Positions 57,719 to 64,000 of a DNA stretch of 64,000 nt are shown here, piece after piece. Made by a program: the position numbers and the translations under genes. Numbering within the stretch: position 1 is the first letter of the stretch; every line of letters begins with the position of its first letter. Under the pieces are notes generated by a model. The model did no database searches and had not been told where the DNA came from. It saw nothing but the letters and a program-made list of their open reading frames with translations. Origin of the DNA: Eledone cirrhosa (lineage: Eukaryota); the NCBI GenBank assembly GCA_964016885.1, contig CAXHJY010000021.1, positions 62,001 through 126,000 of the forward strand. The letters run 5' to 3'.

Positions 57719-58480
57719 ATGTGTGTATGTGTTGCGCGTGAGTGTGTGTGTATTTATATCTTTTTATATGTGTATGTGTATGTTTCGTGTAAATGTATGT
57801 GTGTGTATGACAGTATAGGTATGTGTGTATGTATGTATGTGTAGATATCTCTATGTGCGCGTACATGTATGTATGTGTATGTATATCTGTATGTGTATGT
57901 ACATTTATTATATTTTATTGTTTTTATTTTTTTATTTTTCTTAATTTATAGATACATTTATATTAGGCTGTCTGGTCTGACAATCTAATACTGACCCCTC
58001 CCCCCCCCCCCTCCCACCTAATTTCTGTATCTTGATCTTGAAATGTGTGTACCAGTGTTTTTATGTGAGTGACTTAATTTCTATTTGCTTATGATTTTAT
58101 ATCCACATATATAAATGTGAGTGGGGGAGTGTGTGTGTTTGTATGTTCGTGGTTATGTGTATATTTATGCATATACGCACATGTATGTGTGATTATACTG
58201 ATATGTGTGAGTATGAAAAAAATATATTTATATGCTTGACTCCATAAGTATCTTTGCGTATCTTATCAGCGCATTAAACTTACAGAGATATTAACCTTGA
58301 AATTTTGTGTTTGCATCCATCTTTTTAGTATACACATACAAATTATACACACATTATTGTAAAATATGTGTAAGGTTTTTGCATGTATATACACACACCA
58401 AACTGCTTTTAACCCTTTGTGTTTTCATTGGTCAATTTTGAACTGATATTTTGAATTGTTGTTATTATCAATAAATATAC

Positions 58481-58635
58481 TTCATTATTTCTGAAGACGG
58501 CGTATATATGAGTTAGGTATGTATATTTAATCTTGATAATTTGTATAATTTTGTATAATTTTGTACATAGATCTGTTAAATATGCATACCAATTATAACA
58601 CATATATGCCCTAGAAACGATCGTTAAATAGTGAA
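58481..58635 (+). ncRNA. Hammerhead-like ribozyme with long stem II (PLE-C inverted arm)
   Basis: Mirror of 53514-53668. Confidence 0.75.
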
Positions 58636-58689
58636 CTTTTTTTGTTTAATATAAGGAATTGTTTGTTCATTATTTGTTTAATATTTTAT

Positions 58690-59604
<915 letters not shown>

Positions 59605-59718
59605 TGTAAAGTTATATTTAAAATTGTTGGGTTACAACTAGTAAATATTTATAACTGAAATAAAAGCACTCGACAAATATTTGGAGTATATTTACAATAT
59701 TAAATAAGTGGAAAACTA

Positions 59719-59825
59719 TATTTATAAAACCATATCTATTTCATTATATATATTTCGGGGATATCATATTAACAATATGCTATGCCTTCATCAGACAAAA
59801 TACAATATAAACAGTTTTATAGATA
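59719..59825 (-). ncRNA. Type I hammerhead ribozyme (PLE-A)
   Basis: CUGAUGA...GAAA-UAUAUA-UA with extended stem I. Confidence 0.72.
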
Positions 59826-59921
59826 AATATATTCGACATACCGTAATAAACATCAACTTCATTTGTAAGCGTAAACCTCTTCAAATGAAGTTGATGTTTA
59901 TTACGGTATGTCGAATATATT

Positions 59922-60028
59922 TATCTATAAAACTGTTTATATTGTATTTTGTCTGATGAAGGCATAGCATATTGTTAATATGATATCCCCGAAATATATA
60001 TAATGAAATAGATATGGTTTTATAAATA
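59922..60028 (+). ncRNA. Type I hammerhead ribozyme (PLE-A inverted arm)
   Basis: Mirror of 59719-59825. Confidence 0.72.
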
Positions 60029-60054
60029 TAGTTTTCCATTTATTTAATATTGTA

Positions 60055-61674
<1,620 letters not shown>

Positions 61675-61676
<2 letters not shown>

Positions 61677-63392
61677 CATCATCATCATCATCATCAACGT
61701 TTAACGTCCGTGTTCCATGCTTGCATGGGTTTGGACGGGGGTAGTCCCACTTGAGGCAAGAGTGATTGTCTTGCTCGCATAGGACTGTCTGGCAGGTTTT
61801 CTACAGTTGGATGCCCTTCCTAACACCAACCACATTTACAGTGTGGGTCTGGGAGGTTTTTACCGTGTTGCCTACACGGCCACATTACAGCGTGGACTGT
61901 GTGTTTTTTTGTCGTGACACCTACACGATCTCATTTGTTTCGGCCTGGATGGCGCGGCACCAACATAACTTTACATAGAACGGGGTGGTGTGGATGGGGT
62001 GGGCGTGGTGGCGGGACGGGGTGTATTTTGTTAGAGATGCCTACTGGCAAGGCGGGTCTTCTCTGTTACTGAGTACCGCCAAAGGTCTCGGTCCAGTGAC
62101 ATTGTCTTGGAGAGGTGTAAGTGTGTGAGGTCGGAGTTTATCAGCTCATCCCATGTTTTTCTAGGTCTGCCTATTCCGTGGCTACCGTCTATCTTTATTG
62201 CCCTGCACTTTGTTATACAGCTATCGACTTTCATGCGCATCACGTGTCCATACCAACGCAGCCTTCTCTCGAGTAAACAACATCTGATCCCTCTTATCTC
62301 TAATTTTTTCCTTAGTTCGTTTATGCTTTGCCGTTCACGTATATTACTGTTACACATCCAGCGGAGCATGCAAGCTTCGTTCCTCTCTAGTCTGCGTATA
62401 TCCTCTGCACACAATGCCCAGGTCTCACTACCATGCAACATTGCTGTTCGCATGCAGGCATCGTACAACCTGCCTTTCATTTTTAGGAAGAACCCTTTAG
62501 CAGCTAATAGTGGTATAAGCTCTCTGAACTTTTTCCAACCAGTTCTGACTCTAGCTACAGTACTTTCAGAGCACCCTCCCCCACTGCTGATTTTATCGCC
62601 CAGGTAACGGAAGTTGTCCACTATTTCTAAAGAACCCTCTGCGCAATTGAAAGAGCTAGTATTTTGTGGGCACTTGCTGCTACTTATTGCACCAGAACAC
62701 CGGCCACATGTAAAATCTATGTTCTTAGTTAGCTTACCTGTGATCCCACTACATCTTTTATGCACCCATACTTTGCATTTAGGACATAAAATGGAGTTTC
62801 TACCTACGCCTTTCCTACACACCGAGCACGACCATTTCCCAGAAGGGACCGCCGCCTTGTTTTCTTTCCTACAAACTAGAACTTTGGTCTTAGCCAGGTT
62901 AATTTTAAGTCCTTTTGACTCTAGGCCGTGCTTCCATGTTTGGAATTTCTTCTCTAGCTCGGCCATTGATTCCGCTATGAGTGTCAGGTCGTCTGCGTAT
63001 AGGAGTTCCCATGGGCAGCCTGTCTTGAACTCCTCTGTTATAGCCTGAAGGGCAATAATAAATAGTAGGGGGCTGAGAACAGAGCCCTGATGGACGCCAA
63101 TTTTTACGCTAAACTCTTCACTATATTCGTTGTTAATTCTAACCTTGCTGACTGTTTCTTTATACATGGCTTGTATAGCCCTCACAAGCCATTCGTCAAC
63201 GCCTAGTTTTCTAAGAGCCCACCAGATAATGGAGCGGGGGACTCTGTCGAAGGCTTTCTCCAGGTCGACAAAAGCTAAGTAGAGGGGTTTACCTTTAGCT
63301 AGGTACTTCTCCTGTAGTTGTCGTACTATGAAAAGGGCGTCTGTGGTGCTTTTGCCTGACACAAACCCGAACTGCATTTCATCTAGGTCAAT
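61675..63392 (-). mobile_element. 5'-truncated RTE-A LINE (open RT + PHD + C-terminus, 62031-63377)
   Basis: Near-identical to 26691-28403, with the same [10 protein letters not shown]-terminus. Confidence 0.93.
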
Positions 63393-63396
63393 ATAT

Positions 63397-63441
<45 letters not shown>

Positions 63442-63464
63442 TATATATATATGTATAAATATAT

Positions 63465-63573
<109 letters not shown>

Positions 63574-63576
63574 AAT

Positions 63577-63627
<51 letters not shown>

Positions 63628-63696
63628 AATATATGTATATAAATAAATAAATATATATATATATATAAATATATATAAATTTATAAATATATATAA

Positions 63697-64000
63697 AAGT
63701 AAGCCACTCTACTTGGCATTTGTCGACCTTGAGAAAGCCTTTGACAGAGTTCCACGTGCTGTAATCTGGTGGGCTCTTAGAAAACTAGGAGTAGATGAAT
63801 GGCTTGTGAAAGCGGTACAAGCCAGGTATAGGGGAGCAGTCAGCTAAGTTAGGATTAGCAATGAGTATAGCGAGGAATTTAGCATACAGGTTGGGGTCCA
63901 CCAGGGCTCTGTTCTTAGCCCTCTCCTGTTCATCATAATCCTGCAGGCAATAACGGAGGAGTTTAAGACCGGATGCCCATGGGAACTCCTGTATGCTGAT
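63697..64000 (+). mobile_element. 5'-truncated RTE-C LINE running off the window
   Basis: [17 protein letters not shown]...[10 protein letters not shown]...LLYAD. Matches the reverse complement of 51309-51465. Confidence 0.88.

Larger units (their letters stand above)
53326..58689 (-). mobile_element. PLE-C: GIY-YIG C-terminus + ~3.5-kb 3' UTR, preceded by an inverted 1.64-kb copy of its 3' region (arms 53460-55107 / 57046-58689)
   Basis: Arms are near-perfect reverse complements (mirror ORFs 53546-53740 and 58409-58603). The ORF remnant lies in the spacer. Confidence 0.88.
59605..60054. mobile_element. Solo PLE-A pLTR fold-back palindrome (arms 59693-59865 / 59882-60054)
   Basis: Homologous to 1646-2097, with a 16-nt spacer. 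Confidence 0.85.

Noticed and set aside
54283-57866. His/Thr/Tyr- and Cys/Val-rich ORFs
   Set aside because: Translations of (CA)/(TG)/(TA) simple repeats in the PLE 3' UTR

Overview
Eukaryotic (metazoan; repeat repertoire suggests a mollusc, probably a cephalopod, which is an inference) 64-kb nest of retroelements embedded in degenerate (AT)n/(TAAA) microsatellite. No host gene is supported. Contents: (1) RTE-clade LINEs of four families. Families A, B and C carry a Cys4-His-Cys3 PHD-type finger inserted inside the RT domain, and one family-A copy has an intact 1084-aa ORF (27043-30297). Family D lacks the finger and shows a twin-priming 5' inversion. (2) One CR1-group LINE. (3) Two tRNA/CORE SINEs, one of which shares its 3' tail with RTE-B. 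(4) At least five families of Penelope-like elements (PLEs), including a near-complete Naiad-like copy. Their pLTRs contain hand-foldable type I hammerhead ribozymes (about 16 copies), and they repeatedly form head-to-head fold-back palindromes with arms from 25 bp to 1.6 kb. Most interesting: the PHD finger within RT, a pseudoknot/hairpin module found in the 5' UTR of one RTE family but in the 3' UTR of the others and in the SINE, hammerhead variants with very long stem II, fold-back insertions with recurrent end-points, and a PLE-RTE chimera. All structures were folded by eye and no database search was run.
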